Source of the DNA: a virus
Taxonomy: Duplodnaviria > Caudoviricetes
Direction: 5' to 3' (one strand)
DNA length: 37,801 nucleotides
Virus record (IMG/VR): IMGVR_UViG_3300048895_000147
Span: 1-37,801 of that record
Part shown: piece by piece, positions 1 through 8,325 of the stretch
How positions within the stretch are numbered: position 1 is the stretch's first letter
Layout of the letters: each line of letters begins with the position of its first letter
The notes under the pieces: generated by a model
What the model saw: the letters and a program-made list of their open reading frames with translations, nothing else
What the model was told of the DNA's origin: nothing
The model's database searches: none
Position numbers and translations under genes: made by a program

Positions 1-127
1 TGATTATTACTAAATCACCCGTGGTTAATCCATGGGGTTGTATAGTTGTTATCTGACCAGGATTTGCATTATTTGCTGCTAAAATATAGCCCGATCGAAC
101 TAGAACATTAAAGGTCCAAGGAGAAGC
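1..127. repeat. Terminal direct repeat, left copy (circular assembly overlap)
   Basis: Bases 1-127 (tgattattactaaatcacc...caaggagaagc) match 37675-37801. 127 nt is a typical assembler k-mer length, and a gene reads through the junction. Confidence 0.97.
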
Positions 128-334
128 TTCAGTCAAAAAGAAATTTACTGAAGAAAAAACTCTTTCTAAACGACCTACAAGTTTAATTCCGTCGCGTTTT
201 TTGACGCGATTTCGGAAAACATAGGCGTTTACTAATTTTGTGAATGCATCATCGGCAACAAGGAATGGCTTTCGATCATTAACCAAGCCACCTGAAGGGT
301 ATCCACCAATGTAAACTTGATTAAAAGAAGACAT
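1..334 (-). CDS. N-terminal part of tail nozzle/stabilisation protein; continues across the circular junction into 35177..37674
   Basis: Hand translation from ATG at 334 (AAGGA upstream): MSSFNQVYIGGYPSGGLVNDRKPFLVADDAFTKLVNAYVFRNRVKKRDG... It is open to base 1 and in frame with the 752-aa ORF, total 943 aa. Confidence 0.88.
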   Translation of the reverse strand, partial: MSSFNQVYIGGYPSGGLVNDRKPFLVADDAFTKLVNAYVFRNRVKKRDGIKLVGRLERVFSSVNFFLTEASPWTFNVLVRSGYILAANNANPGQITTIQPHGLTTGDLVII

Positions 335-343
335 TTATATCCT

Positions 344-952
344 TTAGGCAGGTTTTCCGATGGCAGTCCAATTAAAACCGCTTGAATTATTAGTTGTTAT
401 GTTAAATTTTGTCGCATCAACAACAATGGCTTGGAAATTAGTTCTAACGGTGAATGGCGTTATATTTACTATGTAATTGCTGCTTGAAAACGTCGGCAAA
501 CTTAATGCGGTGAAATCTACAGTTCCCCCTGATACTATTAGAGGAGTGTACCCATAATTCATAATTAGACCTCCCGGTAGGTAAGTCCAACCAGCTACAT
601 TAATAGATAAAGCATCCCCGAACCTACTATAAAACGCATCCAACATAGTAGTTTGTTTGTAAACATTCCCTGCAGCGCTTTCAACTTTCAGTTGTTGAAT
701 TGAGTGTGAATCTGTTCCCGTATATAATTGTGTTGTATTTGCTACAGGTGAGGGGATTGCAGAACCTTGGTCTTGGAAATGAATTACTCTATGATAGCCA
801 GGTGTTCCAGTGCTAGGATTTCCATTATTGTCTACATGGTCTACGGCTAGTGTGTCAAATGTCCCGTCTAGGTTGTTTCTGATTTGAACCCTTGTATTAC
901 CCAGGGATGAACCATCTTGCGGGAAACCTTTAACATATGTTGGAGGGGGCAT
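344..952 (-). CDS. Virion tail protein with C-terminal gp53-like tail-fibre domain
   Basis: GWTYLPGGLIMNYG and terminal FNWTAIGK resemble the LPGGLIIQWG...WxAIG pattern of phage fibre C-termini; lies among tail genes. Confidence 0.65.
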   Translation of the reverse strand: MPPPTYVKGFPQDGSSLGNTRVQIRNNLDGTFDTLAVDHVDNNGNPSTGTPGYHRVIHFQDQGSAIPSPVANTTQLYTGTDSHSIQQLKVESAAGNVYKQTTMLDAFYSRFGDALSINVAGWTYLPGGLIMNYGYTPLIVSGGTVDFTALSLPTFSSSNYIVNITPFTVRTNFQAIVVDATKFNITTNNSSGFNWTAIGKPA

Positions 953-1092
953 TATGGTGCTCCTGCTACGTATTGAACGGGTTGTGCGTCTTGTCTGCGC
1001 TTAAGTGTTTTTTTTGCATGTTGGGATAGTTTTGCTTGGGCTGGCTTCAGGACTTCTTTCAACTTTCGTTCTTTCCCTTTTATTACAACCAT
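952..1092 (-). CDS. Small basic hypothetical protein (46 aa, MVVIKGKERKLKEVLKPAQAKLSQHAKKTLKRRQDAQPVQYVAGAP)
   Basis: Hand translated; GAGGA RBS; TAATG coupling to the next gene. Confidence 0.7.
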   Translation of the reverse strand: MVVIKGKERKLKEVLKPAQAKLSQHAKKTLKRRQDAQPVQYVAGAP

Positions 1093-1098
1093 ATATCC

Positions 1099-1233
1099 TC
1101 ACGCCACGTTGTTAGATGAAATGTAAAGCTCAGCTTTTTCGCGTTTTTTCAACTCTTTAACTGCGCGAGCAGTCATCCCATGTTTTTTGTCTTCTTTCTT
1201 AATTTTCATTGCTTTTTTAATATTAAAAGACAT
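1099..1233 (-). CDS. Small basic hypothetical protein (44 aa, MSFNIKKAMKIKKEDKKHG...)
   Basis: Hand translated; fills the gap in the minus-strand operon. Confidence 0.55.
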   Translation of the reverse strand: MSFNIKKAMKIKKEDKKHGMTARAVKELKKREKAELYISSNNVA

Positions 1234-1247
1234 ACTTAATTCTCTAT

Positions 1248-1574
1248 TTAAAGGTTATCATTTTCGAATCTTTTAAATTTAAAAGATATTATTCCAAATT
1301 CTTTCAATGGAGGGTCTGGATTTGTAATTGTAACTTTGAATGAATCTTCAAACGTTTCTTTAACGGCACTAATTCGATCACTGCAAAGATGTGCCAAAAT
1401 ATCAACCAAAAAATTTATTCCGCAATTGTCCACGAGATATCTTGCATATTTTTTCAAAAAAATAAATTCGTGAGCTTCACTTGAATGGGTTTCTCCTTCT
1501 CTCAGTTTTATTGCTATATACGCATAATCTTTATCTAAAATATGGATTCTGCCATCACAATTTTCTTCGATCAT
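1248..1574 (-). CDS. Hypothetical protein
   Basis: 108-aa ORF co-oriented with the operon; no recognised motif. Confidence 0.6.
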   Translation of the reverse strand: MIEENCDGRIHILDKDYAYIAIKLREGETHSSEAHEFIFLKKYARYLVDNCGINFLVDILAHLCSDRISAVKETFEDSFKVTITNPDPPLKEFGIISFKFKRFENDNL

Positions 1575-1632
1575 TTTTCATCCTGTTGTGTGTCTTCCTA
1601 CAAAATATGCATTAGGCCCAAATTTCACGGAT

Positions 1633-1815
1633 TTATCTGGCGGAGTTACAATTTTCTTCTTTTTTTTCAATTTTTTCATACCAACATTCCCAGTTTCTAA
1701 ACGCTGCAATGCATCGATGGTCTTTTAACACTTCAAGAATCCCATCTAGTTGCTGTGTTATATCGCCTTCAAAATCGAATTTATCATCGCTTGTTTCAAT
1801 TGTAAATATTGTCAT
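1633..1815 (-). CDS. Hypothetical protein
   Basis: 60-aa ORF, TAATG-coupled to the upstream adaptor gene. Confidence 0.65.
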   Translation of the reverse strand: MTIFTIETSDDKFDFEGDITQQLDGILEVLKDHRCIAAFRNWECWYEKIEKKEENCNSAR

Positions 1816-2990
1816 TAAACTGCTCCAAACCCTGAACCAAAACCACTACTAGAATAATTGTAATTGAGTTGGTCGGTATATATTGTGTTAATACGTTGCT
1901 GACCAAGTTGGGCGTATGTTCGTGTCTCTATTATGTCGTATCGCTCTTTTAGCATTTTCTCGATAAACATAACGCCATCGGCGTCTAACCTGTCTTCAAA
2001 GATCTTTTTAGCCGCTCCGACAGCTAACATTTCCCACCACTCGCTAAGCTCTGGATTTCCTGTTTGATCTGAAGCAATCAGAGCTTTTATGGGTTGACGG
2101 TAACATGTTAATTCGACGGTATAGCCAGCATTTGGGGTTGGGGCTAGAGTAAAGCTGTTCTGATAGAACAATATCGCAAGAGGTTGAGCTAAAACTTTTG
2201 GATTGTATGCTATCGTGATGGGCGTTCCCTGTGGAATTACTGCATCGAAAAATACGTCTGTTATCTCACCAGTTTGATAGTTGATTGTTGCAAAGCCTGG
2301 TGCTAGGCTGTTAGACGATGCATATTGTCTCCAATAGGTCCAGCCGTATTGCTGTTTCTGTTCCTCGCCAACAAGAGAACTCGTATCGAATATCTGAATT
2401 AAATTACCGATCCCATCATCCGTTACATTTTGTGTGTTTCCTATGCCATTGATAGAATATGTATTTGCTGATATGAGAAGGTTTTGTTGCCGACCCATAG
2501 GAAAACTAAGATTGGCCCCTTGTTGTAGTCCATTAGTGGTATTATCGATCAAGGCGCCGGGATCGTTGTTTATGCTAGGGATCAAAGGTCGAGCTATCGT
2601 AAAACCGCTATAGGGTCCCGCTGTGCCGTTTCCTACCGCGAACGTGTCCACCTGCTGCCAATTGAAGTTAACGTTATAGAACCCCCTAGGATCTGTAAAA
2701 AACTTGGTTTCTCTCTTATCAACGTAACATGGCTGATCTACTGTGGTATAAAGCTCGCTGTTAAATGGATAGGTGGCCTGGCCGATATTTGTAGTGAATG
2801 TGTAAAAATCCTTTAACTTTAACGACCTGAACTTAGATGGTAGATCATAGGAATAGAACGAGTTCATGTATGTGATGATCTGCGTATCTGTAATCTGAAA
2901 ACTATTGGTAGAACCTGTCAGTCGTCTCGCTTTAGCAACTGCATCCGCTAGTGTGGGGAATGTTGGGAATGTTGGTACGGCTGTAGTCAT
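1815..2990 (-). CDS. Head-tail adaptor / tail tubular protein A-like protein with inserted beta domains
   Basis: N-terminal TLADAVAKARRLTG...YMN and C-terminal LAPTPNAGYTVELTCY...PELSEWWEMLAVGAA fit podovirus adaptor proteins; position between capsid and nozzle. Confidence 0.7.
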   Translation of the reverse strand: MTTAVPTFPTFPTLADAVAKARRLTGSTNSFQITDTQIITYMNSFYSYDLPSKFRSLKLKDFYTFTTNIGQATYPFNSELYTTVDQPCYVDKRETKFFTDPRGFYNVNFNWQQVDTFAVGNGTAGPYSGFTIARPLIPSINNDPGALIDNTTNGLQQGANLSFPMGRQQNLLISANTYSINGIGNTQNVTDDGIGNLIQIFDTSSLVGEEQKQQYGWTYWRQYASSNSLAPGFATINYQTGEITDVFFDAVIPQGTPITIAYNPKVLAQPLAILFYQNSFTLAPTPNAGYTVELTCYRQPIKALIASDQTGNPELSEWWEMLAVGAAKKIFEDRLDADGVMFIEKMLKERYDIIETRTYAQLGQQRINTIYTDQLNYNYSSSGFGSGFGAV

Positions 2991-2993
2991 GGT

Positions 2994-3377
2994 TTAAACC
3001 GATGGTACATTATCAAACGCATCCTCCAGAGTAACAACATTTGTTCCCGGAATTATGCCCGACGCGACAGCTACCGCTATACATGGAAACTGAGGGTCTG
3101 AGAATGATATAAAGGGAAAAAATCCAAGGGTGTCAAGGTCAATTTTTATATTAACATCGTCTATTTCTAAGATCCGTGCTTTTTGGTTATTTATCTGCAC
3201 CATGCCGTTAGAGGGAGGGACTCTAAAACCTATCCACTCCCCCACGAAAAAATTTGTCGTCATCACAAATGTTACTATCGCCTGTTGAGCACGTGAAATG
3301 CTCTCTATGTACTGCAAATTAGGTATGAAATTTGCACCAAAAGGAGGGCCGTAATTTGAATTAAACGCATTTGTCAT
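2994..3377 (-). CDS. Virion protein with FCCH-like beta domain; paralog of the C-terminal half of 3793..4905
   Basis: Start re-called to MTNAF (ATGA overlap with the upstream gene). Shares GMVQINN/GMIQMSN, SGIIP/SGIVP and LEDAFDN/LQDAFDN with the 370-aa protein. Confidence 0.7.
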   Translation of the reverse strand: MTNAFNSNYGPPFGANFIPNLQYIESISRAQQAIVTFVMTTNFFVGEWIGFRVPPSNGMVQINNQKARILEIDDVNIKIDLDTLGFFPFISFSDPQFPCIAVAVASGIIPGTNVVTLEDAFDNVPSV

Positions 3378-3736
3378 AGCACATCCATCGGAGTGAATCG
3401 GCAACGGGAAATAACCTCGAAAGATCTCAGGGGTTTTTGTCCCGAGGGTGTTAACTCCATGCTGTAACGTCTCACCTTTCTTTTTGTGTTATTGATATGC
3501 TTTACAATACCCATAGGAAGTTCGCAGATCTCACCATGCGTCAGTTTGATCATTTGTATCGGCTCGCCTGGATATTTGCGATAGGAGAACTCTAACCATC
3601 CCCCTTGAGCATCTAGAAATTCAAACATACCTTTTTTAAGCCGGTCGTCTTCTTTTCTATTTTTCTTTACCATTTCTTCACGCTCAAGCGCTGGCATCGT
3701 ATTTGTTTTTTTCTTGTGCAGTTCTCTAATTTCCAT
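3374..3736 (-). CDS. Hypothetical head-associated protein
   Basis: 120-aa ORF with AGGGGTG RBS in the structural operon. Confidence 0.75.
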   Translation of the reverse strand: MEIRELHKKKTNTMPALEREEMVKKNRKEDDRLKKGMFEFLDAQGGWLEFSYRKYPGEPIQMIKLTHGEICELPMGIVKHINNTKRKVRRYSMELTPSGQKPLRSFEVISRCRFTPMDVL

Positions 3737-3755
3737 TAATCACCCCTATTTTGTT

Positions 3756-3785
3756 AAAGGGGAGGGACAATTTGTCACCCCCCCT
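3756..3785 (-). terminator. Intrinsic terminator after the capsid/decoration genes
   Basis: Minus strand AGGGGGGGTGACAAATTGTCCCTCCCCTTT: GC-rich hairpin followed by a short T run. Confidence 0.6.
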
Positions 3786-3792
3786 AAATTAT

Positions 3793-4905
3793 CTATGCGT
3801 TAGTTATCGAATTGTTAGGAAAATCCGCCTTAAACGCCATTACAACCATATTTGCACTAGCAGGACCAACAACACTAGTCCCCAAATTCATGACGTATTG
3901 AGCATGATTGTCGAACGCGTCTTGTAAATTGGTTCCTGGTGGCGATGCTGGAATTGTTGCGCTTCCAGTGATAACACCAGTGCTCGTTCCAGTAATTTTA
4001 GGCACAATTCCCGAACCCGCAGGGAAGCAGGTCGGAGGTGAACCCAGCGATTTATTTAAAATAAAATTCGCAGAGGTTGGATATGTGAACGTTGTATAAC
4101 CTGACGTATCATAATCCAAAGTTATAGAAGACTCAGTTGCTGTATTAGTGGTTTCTATTACTCGCGCTGGCCCTGGTTTATTTCCTAAGGCATCATTTTT
4201 AGATTTAGCAGTTAAATTGCTCATCTGAATCATGCCGTAATTCGCAGGAATCTGGAAATCAACAAGTTCTCCAATTGTAAAGTCGTGTTTTCGTGCAAAA
4301 TAGACCTTAGCTTGGGTTGCTTGTGTGATATACATTACCTGTCTTAACTCAGGATACATAAACCCAGGGTATACTTTTTGGTAAAACCCTGTTGTACCAT
4401 TGCCGAAAGTGATTCCTCTTGCTGTTTCTGCCGTTGCAGCATAACCTAAAGTAATGCTAACACCTGCACTAACAGCCGTTACCTCAAACAAGAATCCTGA
4501 AAGCTCCAACGCGCCAGCTATATTAATCAGGCGTACATAGTCTCCTACGTTAATTCCTGTAGTTGTTGCCGTTAGAAGTACAAATGTTGCTCCGTTAATT
4601 GCTGTGGAAGCAACTCTTGTGTATGTTGGGGGGTTTGTTTGATCTATAAAAGTAAATCCACCAGAAGTTCCAACATTAGTGCTTAAAGCACCAGAGGTAA
4701 CAGCTTGATCCATTGAAATAAACGAACCTTGAGACATGGTACTAAACCATTCTGACTCAATTGCTGTTACGGCGGAATCATCACCCCAATTTGTAATATT
4801 TTTTACAAACACCCAATCTGGTCTATCTGTCATTGGTATATTTACGGCAACAGGAGTAGCAGGGTTAGTGTAACTCCACATACCTACAAAACTATATGGT
4901 AACAT
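3793..4905 (-). CDS. Putative capsid decoration / minor capsid protein
   Basis: Directly after the capsid gene, GGAGG RBS, Thr/Gly/Ala-rich beta composition, FCCH-like segment. Confidence 0.65.
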   Translation of the reverse strand: MLPYSFVGMWSYTNPATPVAVNIPMTDRPDWVFVKNITNWGDDSAVTAIESEWFSTMSQGSFISMDQAVTSGALSTNVGTSGGFTFIDQTNPPTYTRVASTAINGATFVLLTATTTGINVGDYVRLINIAGALELSGFLFEVTAVSAGVSITLGYAATAETARGITFGNGTTGFYQKVYPGFMYPELRQVMYITQATQAKVYFARKHDFTIGELVDFQIPANYGMIQMSNLTAKSKNDALGNKPGPARVIETTNTATESSITLDYDTSGYTTFTYPTSANFILNKSLGSPPTCFPAGSGIVPKITGTSTGVITGSATIPASPPGTNLQDAFDNHAQYVMNLGTSVVGPASANMVVMAFKADFPNNSITNA

Positions 4906-4914
4906 GGTAACCTC

Positions 4915-5862
4915 CTATATCCCGGTTGAACGTAAGTTTTGAATCCAAAGGTCATTTGTAATGCATTGGCCTTGATAGAACGAAGCTCCAGCTGTATGAC
5001 GAAGCATACATGGGTCGTTGTTATATCCTGGAGGCAGATAGATGAATCTTGCCTTACCTCCGGCTTGCCACACTACTTTATAAGCTTCTTTTGCAGCTAC
5101 AAAACAGTTTGCAATATCATTACCAAGCATTGATGCGTTTGGTGATACTGAACCCTGTTCAGAGATAAAGAATCTCACGTTGTTAGCGCCACCGAGTTCT
5201 GTAGTTAACGTTTGATCTATGTTCGGATATTGGAACTTCTTGATAAATCCAGTCATTCCATATAGAACAGGGATCATACGTGTAGTGCACATGCACCCGT
5301 AAGCGTCACCAATCGGACTTGTTCCAAATTTAAGATCAGCCTCGACGATATTCGTAATGTACTCACCAGAGTTGTTTTGCAACACGGTAAATACATCGTC
5401 TACATCTGAGATTGTCATCTCTGTAGGAATATCCCCATTGCTTCCGCCGACGGAATTTATTATCGAGGCAGAACTTTCGAGATTATCGCGCTGGAGGGCG
5501 TCCTGTGTTTCTCTTAAACTTTGTCCTAAACGGGCCGCAGCGCTATTGAGAACAGGATCTTCGTTTGTGATGGTGACCTGACGTGTTAACACGATATAGG
5601 TCGCATAAACACGTACACGACAATCCACGTCAACGCGATTAAGCTGTTGTGGTGGTGGGTTAGATTGACTATCATCAAGTGGCACTTCGAACAGATCTAA
5701 TCTGTCGTATCTGCTTTGACGATCGATAAAGCCGTTGTTGTCCGGTAACTCAACTGGAGTCGCAAACAATTGGTGAATCAAGTTGTGTTCTGGAGTAGAC
5801 AATAGCTTTGCGTTATACCTCTGTTGTATCTGTGGAGGTAGTGAAGCAATAGAAACGGTCAT
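4915..5862 (-). CDS. Major capsid protein, N4-gp56-like family
   Basis: 315 aa following the scaffold. LPDNNG...RYDRL, DPVLNSAAARLG and ELGGANNVRF match my recollection of N4-gp56-type capsids. Confidence 0.85.
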   Translation of the reverse strand: MTVSIASLPPQIQQRYNAKLLSTPEHNLIHQLFATPVELPDNNGFIDRQSRYDRLDLFEVPLDDSQSNPPPQQLNRVDVDCRVRVYATYIVLTRQVTITNEDPVLNSAAARLGQSLRETQDALQRDNLESSASIINSVGGSNGDIPTEMTISDVDDVFTVLQNNSGEYITNIVEADLKFGTSPIGDAYGCMCTTRMIPVLYGMTGFIKKFQYPNIDQTLTTELGGANNVRFFISEQGSVSPNASMLGNDIANCFVAAKEAYKVVWQAGGKARFIYLPPGYNNDPCMLRHTAGASFYQGQCITNDLWIQNLRSTGI

Positions 5863-5881
5863 TAGTATTTTCCTTTATGTC

Positions 5882-6637
5882 CTACGACATTTCAGGAACC
5901 CCACTTGCCATTGATGCATAGCCAGTCATTTCTCGATAGAGGTCTTTCTTCATTGCATCCGTCATCTGAAAAGCTTGAGCAATAGGACGCTTGTCAAAGG
6001 CCATGGGGGATTGTACCGCTTTACTGGACTTTTCGATCGCCTTATCAATCTCTTTTTCCCTTCTAGATTCAGGAACTTTTAAAGAAATACCCATCGCTTT
6101 AATGAAATTATAGCTTTGCAATCCGATCTTATACGGGTCTTTTAGTTCCGCAATCGAGTTCGCAAGTTCGGGTTCTTTTTCTTCAAATAAAGATAATGTT
6201 TCAGGGTTGACGATATCGGAAAAATCAGAGTATTTACGATTAAGACGGTCCATGAATTGACTATCGTTTTGCTGTTTGATATGTTTTTCAACTTCTCTCT
6301 TAGCAATAGACTCGGCGTATTGTTGAGCTTTTTTCTCGACAAGCTTTGCGATCTTGCCTTTAGAAATAAATTCATCTTCACCGATAGAATCAAATTCATC
6401 GACTTCTTGTTGTTGAGGCTGTTGGTTGTTCATTTGCGCCTGCAAAATCCTCTCCATCATCTCATCACGCGTTTTTAACTGTCTTTCCAACTCGGCATTT
6501 TTGATGCGCATTTGCTTCCAGTTCCGCTCGTCAGCCTCTTTTTTTGCATTTGCTACATCATTTACTTCAGTGACTTGTGATTCTCCCTGAGTTGCTACCT
6601 CGTGGACTTCGCTATTTAGGTTTGTTTCATCTGTCAT
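5882..6637 (-). CDS. Capsid scaffolding protein
   Basis: Acidic N-terminus, coiled-coil, immediately upstream of the capsid gene. Confidence 0.75.
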   Translation of the reverse strand: MTDETNLNSEVHEVATQGESQVTEVNDVANAKKEADERNWKQMRIKNAELERQLKTRDEMMERILQAQMNNQQPQQQEVDEFDSIGEDEFISKGKIAKLVEKKAQQYAESIAKREVEKHIKQQNDSQFMDRLNRKYSDFSDIVNPETLSLFEEKEPELANSIAELKDPYKIGLQSYNFIKAMGISLKVPESRREKEIDKAIEKSSKAVQSPMAFDKRPIAQAFQMTDAMKKDLYREMTGYASMASGVPEMS

Positions 6638-6723
6638 GAATAAATTGTCCTTTTGTTGATGCGGTCGGCTAGCTCGCTTTACGCCGATGACATAGGGCTA
6701 GTACGTCTAATTTTGCGCCTAAT

Positions 6724-6752
6724 TTGACAATGAAAAAAAATATTGTTATATG
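6724..6752 (+). promoter_or_regulatory. Sigma70-type promoter for the plus-strand zinc-finger gene
   Basis: TTGACA-17 nt-TATATG in an AT-rich gap. Confidence 0.5.
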
Positions 6753-6805
6753 TCTATATAAAAGTAAAATTTTAATTACTTTTTAACGCCAAGAAAGGGG
6801 TTTGT

Positions 6806-7093
6806 ATGATCTGTGAAGAGTGTCTGGTTGATTATTGCAACAAAGATTTTCTCATGAATAGCTGCACATGCTATCACTGCATGTATAAAAACAAATTGAA
6901 AGTGTTAAGTTCTCAAAAGAAAAGCGAGACGCTTGTATGCAAGGCATGCGGACAATACTTTTTTATAGATAAAGGTAAAAAAGTAAGACAACGAAATGTT
7001 TACTGTTCTAAAAAGTGTGCTCAAGATGCTCACAGGGAGCAGGTACAGAATTTTTGGACTAACAAGGTAAAGTTGCAGTTTACGTTTAAATAA
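6806..7093 (+). CDS. Multi-CxxC zinc-finger protein, opposite to the late operon
   Basis: CEEC, CYHC, CKAC and YCSKKC motifs; AAGGGG RBS. Confidence 0.75.
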   Translation: MICEECLVDYCNKDFLMNSCTCYHCMYKNKLKVLSSQKKSETLVCKACGQYFFIDKGKKVRQRNVYCSKKCAQDAHREQVQNFWTNKVKLQFTFK

Positions 7094-7634
7094 CGGCCAT
7101 TTGCAATTCTTTTGGCTTTAATGAGACAAGTTGATCCCCTTGGTAACTAGGGTTTTCTTTCCAGTTTCCCTCGGCATTTTTCATGAATCCGAAATATTCC
7201 AGATGCATATTTTCCCATCGACGCAATAGCTGTAATTGTTCAGGTGGGAATAGTTCAGGGCAGTTGAGCATATTGAGCATATTTGATCGGTGAGGTAACT
7301 CCCAGCAAAAATATATCTCATTAGTATACGGAATCACCCTAAAAACTAATGTGTCGTCTTCTGGATATGGTCTATAGATTGTTTTGATCATCCTTCGTAT
7401 GAAGGCATTCTTCATTTGTAGATCACGTTTCTCATGCACGGTTATGTAGAAAGGCCGTTTTTCAAAATCTTTAGTACCCTGTTCCACTGTTGCATTTAGA
7501 TCTTCTACCAGGCTTTTTCTTAGCTCATAATTCATATCTCCGGTGATGATCTGTTTCTCACCATTGAATTGAGCATCGCGATATATAGCACCTACGGTTT
7601 TTCTAGATGGATCGTATTTACTCTGATGCAGCAT
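7086..7634 (-). CDS. Hypothetical phage protein
   Basis: 182-aa ORF with GAGGG RBS between portal and scaffold. Confidence 0.8.
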   Translation of the reverse strand: MLHQSKYDPSRKTVGAIYRDAQFNGEKQIITGDMNYELRKSLVEDLNATVEQGTKDFEKRPFYITVHEKRDLQMKNAFIRRMIKTIYRPYPEDDTLVFRVIPYTNEIYFCWELPHRSNMLNMLNCPELFPPEQLQLLRRWENMHLEYFGFMKNAEGNWKENPSYQGDQLVSLKPKELQMAVI

Positions 7635-7640
7635 ATTCCC

Positions 7641-7778
7641 TCAACTCATGAATTTTTTATCGATAACTTTTGATTTTACAGATTTTTCAGCACTCTTTTT
7701 ATATGGCATTTGCTGAATAAGAGGAGCCTTAAAACTTGTTTTTAATGCCTGATTCTTGGAAACTGGTTTTTTTTTCAT
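7641..7778 (-). CDS. Small basic hypothetical protein (45 aa, MKKKPVSKNQALKTSFKAP...)
   Basis: Hand translated; ends just before the 182-aa ORF; weak RBS. Confidence 0.45.
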   Translation of the reverse strand: MKKKPVSKNQALKTSFKAPLIQQMPYKKSAEKSVKSKVIDKKFMS

Positions 7779-7781
7779 AAT

Positions 7782-7814
7782 AAAATAGGGATTAGAATAT
7801 CACTTCTAACCCCT
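7782..7814 (-). terminator. Intrinsic terminator-like hairpin
   Basis: Minus strand AGGGGTTAGAAGTGATATTCTAATCCCTATTTT. Confidence 0.55.
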
Positions 7815-7841
7815 TCCCTTTTGTTAACCCATAACAAAAAA

Positions 7842-8015
7842 CTAAACTTTAGGCTCATGGATCGTTAGAGTTCGATAGTCCATTCGTAGTTCGTTATTCC
7901 TAATGTCTCGCATTGTCATTTCAGGTTCACGTTGAAAACCACCATTGTATTGTTCTCTCATACTAATGGGGCCTTTTTGTATCTCTATAAAATGCTTTTG
8001 CTCTTTTTTAGACAT
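7842..8015 (-). CDS. Hypothetical protein (57 aa, MSKKEQKHFIEIQKGP...)
   Basis: Hand translated; TAATG-coupled to the upstream ORF. Confidence 0.65.
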   Translation of the reverse strand: MSKKEQKHFIEIQKGPISMREQYNGGFQREPEMTMRDIRNNELRMDYRTLTIHEPKV

Positions 8016-8287
8016 TATGAATACCTACCTTGATATGCTTGTTTATTTAGGTCCTTGCACATACCGGATTGCATTTTGTCTTGACGCTCAATATATTCTA
8101 ATGTTTTTGAGAATCCACGTTCTGCAAATTCAGATTCAGGCTTCTGGAAATTATCTACTTTTGGTGACATGTCACCTTGATTGTATCCAGCATGGGCTAA
8201 ATTAGACTCATGCCCTTTATTTTTACCTTTTGATTCATGCATTGGGTGCTTACCTTCATGCTTAGGATGTGACTTGTGATGTGCCAT
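8015..8287 (-). CDS. His/Lys-rich small protein
   Basis: MAHHKSHPKHEGKHPMH...; AAGGAG RBS; directly after the portal. Confidence 0.8.
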   Translation of the reverse strand: MAHHKSHPKHEGKHPMHESKGKNKGHESNLAHAGYNQGDMSPKVDNFQKPESEFAERGFSKTLEYIERQDKMQSGMCKDLNKQAYQGRYS

Positions 8288-8325
8288 AATGGTCTCCTTG
8301 TTATGGTCAACTTTAAATTTAATGT

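Noticed and set aside
1-127. Physical terminal repeat of the virion DNA
   Set aside because: Length equals a common assembly k-mer and it lies mid-gene; best explained as a circular overlap.
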